Shown: positions 43,601-56,636 of the stretch, in pieces
Numbering within the stretch: the first letter of the stretch is position 1
How the letters are laid out: each line of letters begins with the position of its first letter
From: Tubiluchus corallicola
Taxonomy: Eukaryota; Animalia; Priapulida
Length of the DNA: 64,000 bases
Assembly: GCA_030141605.1 (NCBI GenBank)
Contig: JAQGDQ010000775.1
Span: 1 to 64,000, forward strand
Reading direction: 5' to 3'
Notes under the pieces: model-generated
What the model saw: only the letters and a program-made list of their open reading frames with translations
Told to the model about the DNA's origin: nothing
Database searches by the model: none
Made by a program: the position numbers and the translations under genes

Positions 43601-46600
43601 AAAAGTGATGTTAGTTATATATATATATATATATATATATAGTTCGTTTTTAATTTATAGTAATTACATCTAGTAACTGAAACATTTAAAACAAAATTAA
43701 AATCAATTTGGAGAATTTCATAATCATTTCAGCCTAATAATAATTTTAATTTGTCATCATCTGATGAGTGAGTAAAGTTTGGATATAATGAGCTAATTTC
43801 TGTAAGAAGGGTGTTTCTTGTTGTCCAAATCTACTTTAGTGCAAGAGCATTTCATCTTCTGTTTCTTGTTTGCTCGTATCTTATTGTGTGCAGTATATTT
43901 CATTGGCTGGGTTTTTGTTAGGTTTATGATGTCAACCTGTTTCTGTTGCAAGCGAGTGGAAGCTAATACGTAGTTTCGTGAAAGTAATTTTAGCATTACG
44001 AGTTGTAGTGTTAATTTTTAACTAATTTTCTAATTCGTAGCATTCTTTAACTTTGCAGTAGGTTCTTAATTTGTTTACGTCGTTTTTATTAGTGCTGTGA
44101 GTTCCGTTAATTTCCTCCTTCCAATTTTCGAGAAGCACTTTTGGAGTTTCTGTTTAGCGCTGTACAGTAATCGTTTGTTGTACAGTACGTTGGTTTTTCA
44201 ATACATGTTCGAAGCTTGTTAAGCTTAGTAGACTTTTCACAAAATTTGCAGAGCTGAATATATTGAATATATATGTCTGTTTGACTTATAGTCTCAGAAT
44301 ATCTGTTTGTTTAGTGACGTTTTAGGTTTGTTGATTATTTCTAGCTACCCTCGAAGTACTTGAAATTAACTGTACAACCAGAAAATATTTCCTTTCTCTA
44401 AGCATTTTTTCTTTGGTCGTTCCTTGTAGTTTTTGCAAAGGGTTTGCTTAAAGCTGGAGATAATAACGCCACAGTCATTTTTTGAGTCCTTTTTCCTTCG
44501 GCTTTTGTGAGTTGGTATTATTAGGCTTTCGGACCATTCTCTGCGATATATATTTCCTGAGTAAAGTTTGTTGCCTAGATATGCTATATTTTTATGACTT
44601 CGTTTGACATGGCATCGTCGATTTATTGTTTTTCAGTGAGATTGCAGCTTTGATTGCTTCTTGGGGTTTTATTGTAAAATTCATCTCATTGAAAGTTGGA
44701 ATTTGGTTGCATGTGTTTTCTTGTTGGTTATATAAAGACTAGATGCTAGTATTGTTTGTAGTGGCTAAACGTTGTGATTGGATCGACATCTAACATTAGT
44801 TAACCAGTGACTTTTTTAAGCTCTTTCCACAAAACATTGCAGTTTGTGTCCTTGTAATTGAGAATTTTTTTTTGTAAATTTGTTCTGTATTTTCTTGTTT
44901 TAGACTTTTAAATTTCTTTCGGCATCATTACACTGTTTTCTTATTGTTTGATTTGTATGAAATTTGGTTAGAAGTCTGAGTAGTGAATGTACTTTGTTTC
45001 GCATTGACGTGTATTCACTATCGAACCAAACCGTATTTCCTGGCTTTTTTTATATTTATTGTGTTAGGGTTACGTTTGATTCTAGGTTGTACATTAGTTA
45101 TTTTTAGTATTCCAGCACAAATTTTTTGATATACGCTAGAGATAGCATTACATGCTTTGTCGATATTCTGCTGCGATACATTGTAAATTTTGCTAGAAAA
45201 ATTTCAATCTCACGTTTAATGTGATGTCGATTTAAAGCGTTAATGTAGTAACGGTATGCAACGTTCCATTTAATTTTTGCTGGTAACTGACGTAGATTAA
45301 ATGCACTATTTTAGGAAGTGGTTGTTTCATAGAAAACGCTTGTTTATGCAAGTTTTAATTTTACAATGATCAGAAAATTTTTTTATCACTTACTTTAAAT
45401 TATTCAGCGTTACGTAATAATTCAGCATCATTTACACAGTAGTCAATTATTGATGTATCATTGGGCTTCTAACAGGTAAACCTGTGTGATAAATTGCCTA
45501 AACATCGGCCATTTAAAATTCTAGGTTGCTGACTTTTACATATTTCTTATCGATTTGTACGGTAATTATCGGTCGGCTGCTTGTCTTGTGAGATTTTCGT
45601 GGGTAATTAGATTCTCGTACGTATAATTAGAGCGAGTTGGAATATAATTCCCATAATGATCGCTAATAGAATCAATTTCGTTTGCGGTTCTAGAGCCAAT
45701 CTATATAATTTTCCTAATTTACTGTATTTTTTACAACTTTTTCTTATATTTCATTAATGTCGAATTCATTGCTTACTCATGACGCGAAAGGTGAGATGTA
45801 TGTTGAACACAGATAGACATCCTCTACCAGATTGAAAAATTTTATCGAGTTTTAGCCAATTCATTTCTGAAAATTTTATCTCTTCCTAATTTTATCGCTT
45901 GCCATATTCAATGCGGCAATTTTACAGGAAGGCCTACATGGCAACTCTAGTTTACAATTAATGTTAATATGGATTTCAGTGCAAATTCACTAACTATGTT
46001 TCTTCAAATAAACGAAATTTGCTGCTCCCTAATTTTTCGTTTGGACAGTTAACATTAAAAACAGAAATTTTTAATTAAATTCTCAACTTTTGTATCTCGA
46101 GATTCTGTATCAACGTCTACCTGGGTTGTAAGATCTGTCACCACTACTTATATACCTTATATATCATCGTAATAGCTTATATATCAACGTAATATTAATT
46201 AATTCTGCACATTATTTTTGGTTTAAGCCATGGTTAAAAATACCCCTGGGAGCTGTGTAACTCGAGCAGTCAACATAAGGGTCGTCTATGGAATGGAACA
46301 ATCAAGTTTATTCCTTTTCCGTAGCCTAACAAACAAAAAACAAACTGGATAAATCTTGCAGATGAGCACGTGATCAGCAAAATATCGCAGACATGATCTG
46401 TTCGCATTTTCAAAGGCAAGAGGGATTTGATATTTTTGTTGCTCATTTATGTTAAAACAAAGGCTTAGTTTCTGCATTTTGTAGTGCTTTGAAACTTCGT
46501 CTCTACATTCTGTTTAAATTTGAAAGACAATTTTTTGCTACTTGAAGTGTTAATTCCGTGTAAAAAAAACTGATGCTTTTCAAATTTGTGTTTATGAAAA

Positions 46601-49600
46601 AATCAATCAGTTTATCGGCTGATTAGACATTAGTTGTCATGTTGCTTATTAAAGACAGTTGATATCCAACGTGAGCTGCTGTTACATATGCTTGACGACA
46701 ACTAGCTGTACGCATTAGTGAAATTGTCAGTCAAGGGTTGCATACGGTACTGTTTGTAGTGGACCTATAGGATGAGATTAGTGTTACAAATAGGGCTACT
46801 GGCAATAATCGAGAACTTCTTATACAATTGAGACTTTAGATATATTTTCTTCAGCAGCAAGTGCTTTAAGTGATATTTCGATATTTCCATATTGTTAACA
46901 TCTTAGAATCCTACACTCTCTCAAACCGTTTTTTCATTTATCAGAAGCTGTTAAGCGTTGTTTGCTTAATATTGAATCCACCCATAGAAGCAACATGGCA
47001 GTAAGTACTTCGTATAATTAAGTGGTTGCGTTTGACTGTGAAGGCTTTTTCACAATCGAATCCTGACCCTTGTCATCAAAAGGATACGTTTCTGCCAGAA
47101 AAGGCTTCTGTGTAATTTCTGCTGTTTTTCTGATTGAGCTAGAATGAATGTGCATCTAAAAGTTGCAATGAGGCTTGTTATGATTTAGTGTTTTTCAGGC
47201 GATTCTTGTGACAATGATTTTAGGTTGCCAAGTGCTTTTGATCTGAGCTATTAGAGTGTCGTGGTGTAATATACAATGTCATTAGTACGCACTAAATCTA
47301 CCAAAAAGGAAAACCTGTGTGAGCAGTTCCCGTCGCAATTCCGGTAGTTAATTCCAGCAGGTATCTCATCCATGTATTACCAGAACCTGGACAACTTGCT
47401 AAAGCTACACCAGGATTAGTATAATTCTCGTCACTCACAACCATATTGCAGAGGTCGTCTGTAAGAAAATGAGTAAAATATTAAAAACATTAAGAAAAAC
47501 ATAAAAAACATAGGGAATCATTTTTGGCAAGGAAGCAAAATATTTTCGTTGACAATTTTGCCACAGTTGCTAGTTATAGTATTAGACCTGAATAGCCCTC
47601 ATCCCATCTTGAAAGAAGCCTAGAAACGGGGATCGCAGGTCAAAGCGTACAAAAATATTTTACTAAAGGCACGTTGAGGAATGTTCAGCCTAACAGAAGA
47701 TTAAAATTGAAAGTGTCAAGTGGAATCGAGACATAATCACAATCTATCTTTCTTAGGTTCCTTATGGAATTCCAGTAATATGAACGTACTTTACACAGAA
47801 TTGTTTTAGCTCTTCACTGTAGAAAAATTTTTACATTTAGTACATATCCCCTTTCATTCTCAATTAGTAAGCTTAAGTTTTGTAACTCCAATAAATTTAA
47901 TTGCACTAATAAATATTACGTGTTTTGTTTTTCATCCTAATGGCATGAACTTGCCGCCTGCAACTATTATATCAAAAATAATCTCCCAACTGTTTTTTAC
48001 CGTCAGTTTCCATCAGACGTCGTGGTGTAAGACGGTATGTTACAGCACACTTTGATGTACCAGACTTCATAAGCTGTTTTACTTCATCTCGTCGTGGCTT
48101 AATGATATTTGAGCAAAAACAGCTTTGCGATGATGCTTCCCAAGTAGCGAATTTCACGGAGGTATTTCTAGAAATATACAACAATCAGAAAAATAAGTGA
48201 AACGTTACTGTAAATGTTGTCACTGCTAATTTTGATTCATTTTAAAACTTGTTAATTTAGAAAGCTAGACTTGTGCATAAATTTTCCCCCAAGTTCAAAT
48301 ACCTAATCTAACTTCGAATCCCAAAATAAACGTGAAATTGCTAGTAACGCATCTTTTTCCTTGGTTGTATTGATCAGCTTAATAGAAATTAAAAATAGTT
48401 GATTAAAATATGCGCATAATTATTATCGACATTTCATATTATTATCATATTTGCAATGATTACATGGAATGAGCCATATTGTTAGATTACATAAATAAAA
48501 AGATACTTTGGTCAACTACACTATAATTATAAAAACTAAGCTACGTTTCAGTACGAAAGACTAGAACATATTGTGGTAGAAATATTTGGTGGAAACTACA
48601 ACATGATCTGAGTGTCTACACTTTACCGTTACAAAATAAATGACCATACCTTGTTAGCTGGAGCCAACACAGCGCTTGAAGGACTACTATGCTAACTCAA
48701 ACTAATACAGATATAAAATAACTTTAAATGGACTTTACAGGAAGCCTATTACAAGCGGAATAAATAGCTTATTAAACTGACAAGTATGCGGAATGCCAAG
48801 CAATAGTAATTTGCAAAGTTATTCAGAAAATGGTTGTATTCATAAACTTGCTTGTTGGGGCAGATTCAAGCAAAGAGTATAAATACGTATAAACACATAC
48901 TGTCATATTTTCGACAAGCTGTATATACTATGAGTTAATTAGTGTGTTTATCAATGACTGGCGAGCCCTTACTAATGCAGACGTTTTTATACTGATGCAC
49001 ACTTTTTCATGAAGTTTCGAACGATGGCTACAATAAAGTAATATAGTATTTAAAATTATGGCTTAAAATTAGTCTCTGGCTATTCAAAAAAAAACACCTC
49101 TCGAGTCAAACTTCTGCAGCAGATTTTAGAACCATATTGAAAATTTTAGAACTGTTTAAAATCCGAATTTTACAAGCGTATAAAGACTACTGGACTATCA
49201 TATTTTAATACAAACTTGTCAAATGTATTAACATAACAAAAATCATGGATGCTAAAGTTTTATTTTTGTTAGAGAAATCCATTATGTGTTTCATTTTTAG
49301 CATTAATTAGGCAATATGGCACATCTAAAAGTGGCAGGAGGAAATGGCCCTAACAAAAAACAGAAGAAATCGTAAATAAGCATCTACTCCTTCCAGACAC
49401 AGCAGTAAACCCAACAACACATAAACAAACAAGCACTTGTTAAACAAACAAGCACTAATACAAATAAGGCAGCAATTCTTCACTAACCCAGAAGTTCAAT
49501 TCTTGAATGCCCTGCCGCCAAGTTAAAACAGCCATGTTTTTCTGCGAGTTTAGATTAAAATGAAAAGTTAATACCTTAAATCATTTTCAAAATAAACATA

Positions 49601-49601
49601 A

Positions 49602-49633
<32 letters not shown>

Positions 49634-52600
49634 GTGTGTGTGTGCTTATTTGTACCTACATTTATCTTATATATTATACTATATTATATTTATTTTTTTA
49701 TTTTTATATATATCAAAAGCATAAAATCACACAAGGACAGCACAGTATTAAAAAAAAACTCACACAACTGCACAGAATTTGAAAACAAAAACATATATTA
49801 CAATATTATAAGCAAATTGTAAACAAACTGTATACAATATAAACAAACAGTTTAGAATAGATGTGAATTTTGTACTGATAAATAGATAAAATTTTTATAA
49901 GAATAGTTTTCATCATTATCATATGTAGGGATTTTGGAAATGATTTAAGGTATTCATTTTTCATTTTAATCTAAACTCCCAGAAAGAGATGGCTGTTTTA
50001 ACTTGGTGGCATATATATATATATATGTATAATTTCTTTTAATTGGTTAAATGGTTGAACCACTAACATGTCAACCTAAACATAGAAGTGCAAATTGAAA
50101 GAACATTTTAAAAACGCAAAAGCGCTAACTTTTGTGTGTACATAATTTCTTAATTCTGTTGGTACAAGTTGGTGGAGTGTTCTATTTTAACACATATTTC
50201 AATGTATAATTTCATAGGGACTGTTATACAATTCAGTTTAAGAAGCTGCAAATATATGTATAACGTTGTACATCGTAAACCGTATTAGCATACCTTTGCA
50301 TGTTTATATTATCATTTGATTTCAATAATTATGCGAAACATGTTTAATTTTAAAATTACGTGCGATCTCTAGAATGATTTTACACTTACTTTACTAATTG
50401 ATTTGAATTCTTATTAAAACATCACATGTTTCTGTTTTAAAAACACCAGATTAAGTAACAAAACAAATTTATATTATAACAAAAGATTAACTTCCTGGAG
50501 ACTGATGTAGCAACATTTTTTGCGTGCAATAACATGATGATTATAAACCCTTCGTTTGATGAAAATTTTGGTGCTAGGGTAAGAAATGTTTGGGCAGCGA
50601 TATGCAGGCTAATAATTCAACTTACACACTTTGGCAGGAAGCTATGCACTCCTTGTGTGTGATTGTCTTGCTAGTGGGCTGCACACCTCTCATTCTTAAG
50701 CAAATGTGGTTTAAAAGTGAGGCTGAAACGAAATAACTATTATTATTTCTCATGATACAGTTTAAAACTTCCGCAACGTTTGGACGCATTTGTGGTCATG
50801 TTCACGCAACAATCTACCTAAATAATAATTACGTGTGAAAATTACCTACAGAATTCAACTTTGTGAGAAGCAAAAAAAGCCGAATACAAAATTGGAAACT
50901 TAGAGATCGTGAGATCAAAGCCAAATTACAGAAAAAATTAGTTTATGTTATTCTAGCACAATTCTTTCTCTAGCACAGTGGGTGATCATAAGGTGGTAAT
51001 GAGGCAGCAAGAGAAGCATTTGCACAAAAAGTCATTAAAAACAATGTAAACTAGTTAACAATGTTTCTGATTTTGCAAACAATAGTTACAGAATTGGACC
51101 TTGTAAAGATGCTAGCATTTTGTTTGAAAATTATAGTTTACATTTCATTGAACTCGCATTGTTGCTTGATTACATAAGAATTACGCTTGGCAACAAAATA
51201 CACAACACATGGGCCACAGGTCAACCAATCTTGGCCATTAAATTTGGCTCATTGAGACCATTTAATATAGTACAAGCTACTTTTAGTCGACCATGGAAGG
51301 CATTTGTCTCCTCGGCCACTGTTTTGCCCTTAATGGTGTCACAGCTTAACGATTCACATTGTAGCTTATACTATTCCATTTGCCTCGTCAAGCCCTATCA
51401 TTTGCTATAAAGTACTGTTACTCAAAATTCGCTGCACTTCTGTTCCCAACCCCCATTTTTGGTCACCATTTTGTTGAACCCAAATTTTGCATTTCGGTCT
51501 CTCCCACGGCGATTAAAACCTTGTCAGCTTTTTAGAACCCCAGCACCCCTACCCCACAATGCCCAAATATTTGCGAAAAAAACTACAAAAAGCTCTTAGA
51601 GCACATGTTTTTTAAAGGAAAAACTGACCGATGTCCCCTGCCCTTCTCTGTGAGTTTCGTGGCCATAGCTTGCAAGGCTTAGAATTATTAAGTGTTAAAG
51701 TTGTGGAGAATAAATAATAGCTAGTTGACAATCTTTCTGACGTGGTCAGAAACTGAAAATTTTGCAAGCAATAGTTGTAAAACTCAGCCTTCAAGATGAA
51801 GAGATGACAGTTTTTCTTGAAATTTTCTTTTATTGAATTCACCTTGCTTGAATACATTTAGTGCATTTCACTATGAAACCCCCAGAACTGTTCAGCCCAT
51901 CACCCACGGGTCAAACGTCAACCTGTCTTGGCATAACTTATATCATTGAGACCTTCCAGAAATGAACTCTCTAAACACCCGGGAGTGACACTCACGACAC
52001 CTGCAGTAGTTCGAACCGTCACCGCCACAGCTAAAATTCCTTGCAAATGGGATCTGCCTACACTGCACTGGCTACACAGAAAGTTACCACGTTCTTTTAA
52101 TGCAGTGTTGTACGAAGTAGAGCTTTTTCCCAAATTAACTTGTAAATGTGGTCAAAAGACGTGGTCAGTTATTCACACTGGAAGCCTAATAATGATGATG
52201 GGAACGGACTTGGAAAATTTCCTGCTGTTTGACCAAAATTTCGAAAAAATCGCGAGTTTGGTTCGGGAAAACGGCTGTGATGGGACGCCGTGACCCTCCC
52301 CGCGAATTCCAGATATGCCTACTACACCCGCCGTTGAACTGGGTATCTAACGATTATCAGCACCGCTCCCGGCCCGTTCCCGTTCCCGTTCTCCAGAAAA
52401 AAGAGGTGTAAGTTTTGCAAACATGGTCAAAATAGCAATTTTTGGGGGTTTTTCGCCCCTGGTTGGTCCGATTCGAAAAGTAAACCCTCAATGGCATGAC
52501 ACTAGATCGAAACCTTTCGTATGACATAAAGATCGCCTCGAATATATATATATATATATACCAGCGAAATATATACGATGATTTTATAACAACATTATAA

Positions 52601-52943
52601 TGTTATAATTTGCTAGAAACTAACTAGCTATGCACACAGTAAAAGCGTTAAACTACAAAAATTATTGAAGTGATGTTTAAAGAATAAAATTAAATAAATA
52701 AAATAAAATAACTAATTAAGTATGTAATATTATAATTATCATAGTGTGAATCTTACCACCATGAATCACGTCCAAAAATGGATTAGAAACATCGACGTAT
52801 CTTGCATCTTTCGACTCATTTTTTATCAAACGTGACAGATGAGCATTATCTAGTTTTGCAAATACAAACACGAAACATACCATACCAAATAAAAAGCTCC
52901 ACCTTGTAAACTCTTTTCTTTTATCGTGGAAATTTAAATTCAT
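34695..52943 (-). CDS. WSC-domain sulfotransferase (WSCD1/2 family), 6 exons: 52757-52943, 50626-50722, 48001-48167, 47302-47458, 35446-35675, 34695-35062 (1206 nt, about 401 aa)
   Basis: All introns are GT-AG with matching phases (1, 2, 1, 2, 1). N-terminal TM anchor ([14 protein letters not shown]); WSC-like ECIASC...FA...CFCS; 5'-PAPS loop [22 protein letters not shown]; IVVKTH; [12 protein letters not shown]; HVVIYEKLK. The exon 4/5 junction is the least certain. Confidence 0.85.
35965..36620 (+). mobile_element. piggyBac (PGBD-like) transposase fragment at 36190-36620, with a possible terminal remnant at about 35965-36005
   Basis: [25 protein letters not shown] and [12 protein letters not shown]; in-frame stops. 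Confidence 0.85.
39400..40111 (-). pseudogene. Maverick-borne spliced gene with tandem PC4-like repeats (copy B); exon 1 40111-40034, intron 40033-39912, exon 2 from 39911
   Basis: Exon 1 is [26 protein letters not shown], with donor CAG|GTGAGT and acceptor CATAG. Exon 2 is VHFRRRSK...[13 protein letters not shown], then KPGMNLHL and [18 protein letters not shown]. Frameshifts and an internal deletion are present. Confidence 0.72.
40499..41134 (+). CDS. Maverick A32/FtsK-like packaging ATPase (open ORF; Walker A G>E and Walker B D>N)
   Basis: [46 protein letters not shown] and PFSYMLFD. Confidence 0.92.
   Translation: MDRIYDARLKFGSTMLVAGPSRAEKTTFVKNLVLHRNVLFDTKPDRVLWILQTPPPLASSREELQEVEYSEDINVGIRAGDLVVVNDMMMELATSKRLTDMFTKLAHHKPCFVVFITQNHFQQSNESRTRSLNTHYLVFFKNPRDKMQVEVLGSQMYLGKSKSFREAFERTTAAPFSYMLFDLCQETDDAICMRNNIFPHEVPQLVFLPQK
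41189..41530 (+). CDS. Small basic Maverick protein with a QKGG-hydrophobic motif (putative protease-processed virion protein); the 3' end appears to read through to 41648
   Basis: [13 protein letters not shown]...LRKLA...[16 protein letters not shown], a pattern I recognise from ORFs next to the ATPase in invertebrate Mavericks. Confidence 0.75.
41655..42160 (+). pseudogene. Conserved uncharacterised Maverick ORF, disrupted
   Basis: DLINYAT...[23 protein letters not shown] (PxGWxxF...VP motif); internal stop at about 41832. Confidence 0.65.
42160..42606 (+). pseudogene. Adenain-type cysteine protease of a Maverick, 5' end lost at the deletion junction
   Basis: [25 protein letters not shown] and LQS...TCGAY (H-D-Q-C). 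Confidence 0.9.
43250..43445. repeat. Possible SINE or RTE-associated repeat
   Basis: CAACCCTCCCGGGTTTGGGACCGGCAC resembles a widespread retroposon motif, recalled from memory only. Confidence 0.3.
43730..46640 (-). mobile_element. Highly decayed LINE (possible ORF1 remnant, endonuclease, RT)
   Basis: Manual translation gives [13 protein letters not shown] and WFDSEY; many stops. Confidence 0.55.
51870..52215 (+). pseudogene. Divergent TATA-binding-protein-fold fragment
   Basis: [17 protein letters not shown]...[10 protein letters not shown]...[13 protein letters not shown] aligns by eye with a TBP repeat (YEPELFPGL...LIFVSGKVVLTG). Confidence 0.65.
52225..52560 (+). repeat. Interspersed repeat Z, copy 2, ending in (AT)n
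   Basis: Homologous to 20647-21013. Confidence 0.75.
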
Positions 52944-53329
52944 ATCGCTAAAACGTTATATTGATATACATCTGACTGAAACTCACATTCCTAACCCTGC
53001 AACTTTTGGAACTTTCGCGGCGGTAAGTTTTCTTGACCAAATGTAGCACGGTTGAGCACCTGTACTGAGGAAAAAATATTGCAGGTGCATGCGTATTAAA
53101 ATGTTGGAAATAAATGGTAAATAACTTCGTAACAGACCCACAGATTTGCCTTTGGGGGTTGGTTTAAACATAATTTATTGAAGTTGTAACATCTAGGTTT
53201 GAAACAGGCAGTTTTACAACTGATATATGTTCTCCCCTAGTTTGAGCGAACGCTAGACAGTTGCAGAACAATGGAGACCACAATGTACAAAAAATGTTAC
53301 AATAAATACAAGCATTAATATTCAACAAG

Positions 53330-56300
53330 AATAACAAACTTAATACTATTTAAAGCGCTTGGTGTTTGAGATAAAAGACTGCAGTAAAACAAAAATTTGA
53401 GTGTTCACAGAATTATCTAGGGTATGGTTCCCGTGCAGGAACAAACGTGCAAGTTTATTTGTTGCAAGACTGTAAACATTGATGTTAAAAGCTGAGAAAA
53501 GAGTGAAGAGATTTGTAAATGAGTCGTGTCTCGCCTAGTGGTAAAGAGGGCAGCTAGTTAAGCAATGATCGACTGTTTCATAAGTGGAACCACATTGACA
53601 ATTGGGTGATACTAGCGACCCATCGTAATTTTTACATTTTCTGAAGTACAAATCATAATTTAGTTGACAAAAACCAACTCTCATTCTAGCATGGTGTACA
53701 GATGAATTTCGAGTACCCCTAGAAAAGTAAGTAGGCTGCTTATTAAAACACATGTGATTCTTTAGTCGAGATTTAAAGATTTTTAAAGAGTTAGAGTTAC
53801 GGATATCAAGAGGTAAATTATTCCAGCACTTAACTGAGGAAGAAAAAAAAGAGTCATAAAAGCAGTTGAGTGGCATGTGTAACTAGAAAAGTATTCATTA
53901 TTGCGGATTGGATACAATGTAATATCCCTTACACGGGGAGGCAAAATATTAAAAAGGTAGTGGGGAGCTAAGTGATTCACGATTTTAAAAAGACATTTTA
54001 TAAACGGAAATATTGAAAGCGCTTAGAAAACTGGTGCAGTCCTGCTTCAAACAAAAGATTTGAATTATTGGAACCTGACATAGCACCGGTACAGCACAGC
54101 ACTCAACTGAATATTATCAAGCAGGGACTTAACATTACGACCTAATCTAGACCATTTAATACTGCCGTATTCCAAAGTAGGTAAAAAATAGTTTGAACGT
54201 TGCAGTATAGTGCAGACCTCCTAGTTTTGGCAGAACTGATACGATGATCTCGTTTACATGTTGTTGCCATTTTAGATCACACGTAACCAGGTGTTTATGA
54301 AAATCAACATGTTTTAAAGCTACATTATTGAGATAAAGTGGCATATGATGACGTTGCTGGATTTTACGAGAGAAGAGCATTACTTCGGTTTTCTGTGAAT
54401 CAAAGGTAACACACCATCTATCAGCTCAGTGTAGCAAGGTCTCTGGGTCGGAATTTAGACGCAATGTGGAATGTACTGGGTCAGTGACTGTATCCATTAT
54501 AAATGTATTGTCGGCAAAAAGACGTATGTCACACTGTATGTTATGAGTAATGTCATATACATAGACAAGAAACAAAATAGGACCCAAAATAGAGCCCTGT
54601 GGCACCCCAGCAGCCAGGGACAAAGAATCTGATGGGGCACGATCCATAACTACTCGTTGAATGTAGAAGGGACCACTGATGCCTAGCTGGGATAATTTGA
54701 ATATGAGACCTTTGTGGCAGACCCTGTCAAAAGCTTTACTTACATGGAGAAAAACTGCCCGTACCTTATATCTAGCGTCTAGATCAGAGTATATTTTGTG
54801 GACAATGGATACCAATTGATTGATCACACAATCCCCTGGCTTGAAGCCAGAATTACACTCATTCAACAGATTATTGTCAATAACAAGATAATTATAAAGT
54901 TCTTTATACACAATCCGCTCAAAGATTTTAGAAACACAGGAAAGTAGAGAAATTGGCCTATAATTAATAACCAGTTCTCTATCACCATTTTTAAATACAG
55001 GAGTAACATTAGCTGTTTTCATACTGACAGAAACATTCCATTGTTAACAGACATTTTATATAATAATGTTAAAGGCACAGAAAGCGGCTGAGAACATTGT
55101 TTTAAAACAATATTACTTATGCGATCGGGCCCTGTTGATTTGCCGACTTTTAGACATTTCAAGAAGTTACTAACTATATGCTCAGACAGGTCAACAGTTG
55201 ACAAAACACTATCAGTGACCAAAGAGAAAGAAGGAAGTACAGCATTATCGCAATTTACACTAAAGTTATCAGCAAAAAATTTGTTAAATATACTACATTT
55301 GAGCTTGGTATCAGCTATACAGTTAACAACTTTAAGTGGTGGAATAACAAAGTCATGTTTGCTTTTGTGAAATAATTTGACACTTTTCAACCGGACTTTG
55401 AGGCAGGTTTGTGGATCGAGTAATTTAGTATTTAGTTTCTTCATAAAATAAGATTAAACTTTTTTTAAAAAAAAATATTATAGGTATTCTTACATCGCTT
55501 GTATTTCTCCCAAGATTCAGCAGTTTGATGCAGTTTGTAGTATTATGTGATTTTTCAATAGTTTTTCATAATTTTCTGACGTAGCTGTTCATCCACAACT
55601 TGTTCCAAGGCCGAATGGTTACAGTTCTATGTGACACATAGTCATCTATCAAATTTGACAAATTAGTAATAACATTAACACAAACAGAATCAACAGTTTC
55701 GTTTGCAAGAAGTAAATTCCAATCAGTAGCATGAATAGCTTAACACTAGTCTGCTCTATTATAATAAAAAAGTTTTCTTTGGTAGGAAGCTACAGCTGGA
55801 AGATTTATAAGCATTTTACCGTAAATAGAGTTATGATCAGCTGTATATATAAGTGACATGATCAGTTATGATCAGCTGTATATATAGGTGACATGACTCA
55901 TTCTCTATTATTAAACCGGTAGCATCAGTTAAAATAATGTCAATCAAAGAGCTAGACACATCTGAAATACGGGCAGGATGTGTTATTAACTGTGAAAGTT
56001 GATTCTGAACAGTAAATGCAATTTGCCCCATCAGGAGGGTACCATACTGCACACTTGGCGTTAAAATCACCTGTATATATAATTGCATAGCGAACATTTC
56101 ATAAGCTGCTAATTGCATATCGTGAGACAATTGTAACTGTTTTATAAACTCATCCTCGGTAGGAGCATCTTGAGTAGGAGGTCGGTAACAGACACACATA
56201 TATAAAATTAAGTTGGTAAGATTAATTTCAAACTACATGAATTCAAAATTAGTATTAAAAACTAAATCTGTTCTTGGTGTGAAAGGTATATCAACCGAGG

Positions 56301-56520
56301 CGTAAAAAGCTATCCCCCCTCCTAAGCCATTACGATGTTTACAGAAAGGGACTTGGTAACCAGGGATCAATATGTCCGAGATATTAACTGAAGGGCATAG
56401 CCATGTTTCAGTAAGTGCTAAAATATCAAACTGGTTTTCATTTGAAATTAACTTCAATTCATCCAGTTTGAAGGATTCATTGTTACCTAACAAACTTCTG
56501 ACATTACCATGGAAAAGAAG
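53330..56520 (-). mobile_element. Decayed CR1-group LINE, nearly full-length ORF2
   Basis: DILALTETWL, GGGIAFY, CYRPP, NYRPISLLSCVSKIFE, SKAFDRVCH, GVPQGSILGP, LFADN and C-terminal CQCG..ETVDH. Confidence 0.92.
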
Positions 56521-56539
56521 AAAATTGGGGGTTATTTTT

Positions 56540-56636
56540 TAACCCTAACCCTAACCCTAGCCCTAGCCCTAACCCTAACCCTAACCCCAACCCCAACCCA
56601 AACCCCAACGCTAACCGAAACCCTAATCCTAACCCT
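56540..56636 (-). repeat. Degenerate interstitial telomere-like (TTAGGG)n
   Basis: About 16 CCCTAA-type units with variants. Confidence 0.9.
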
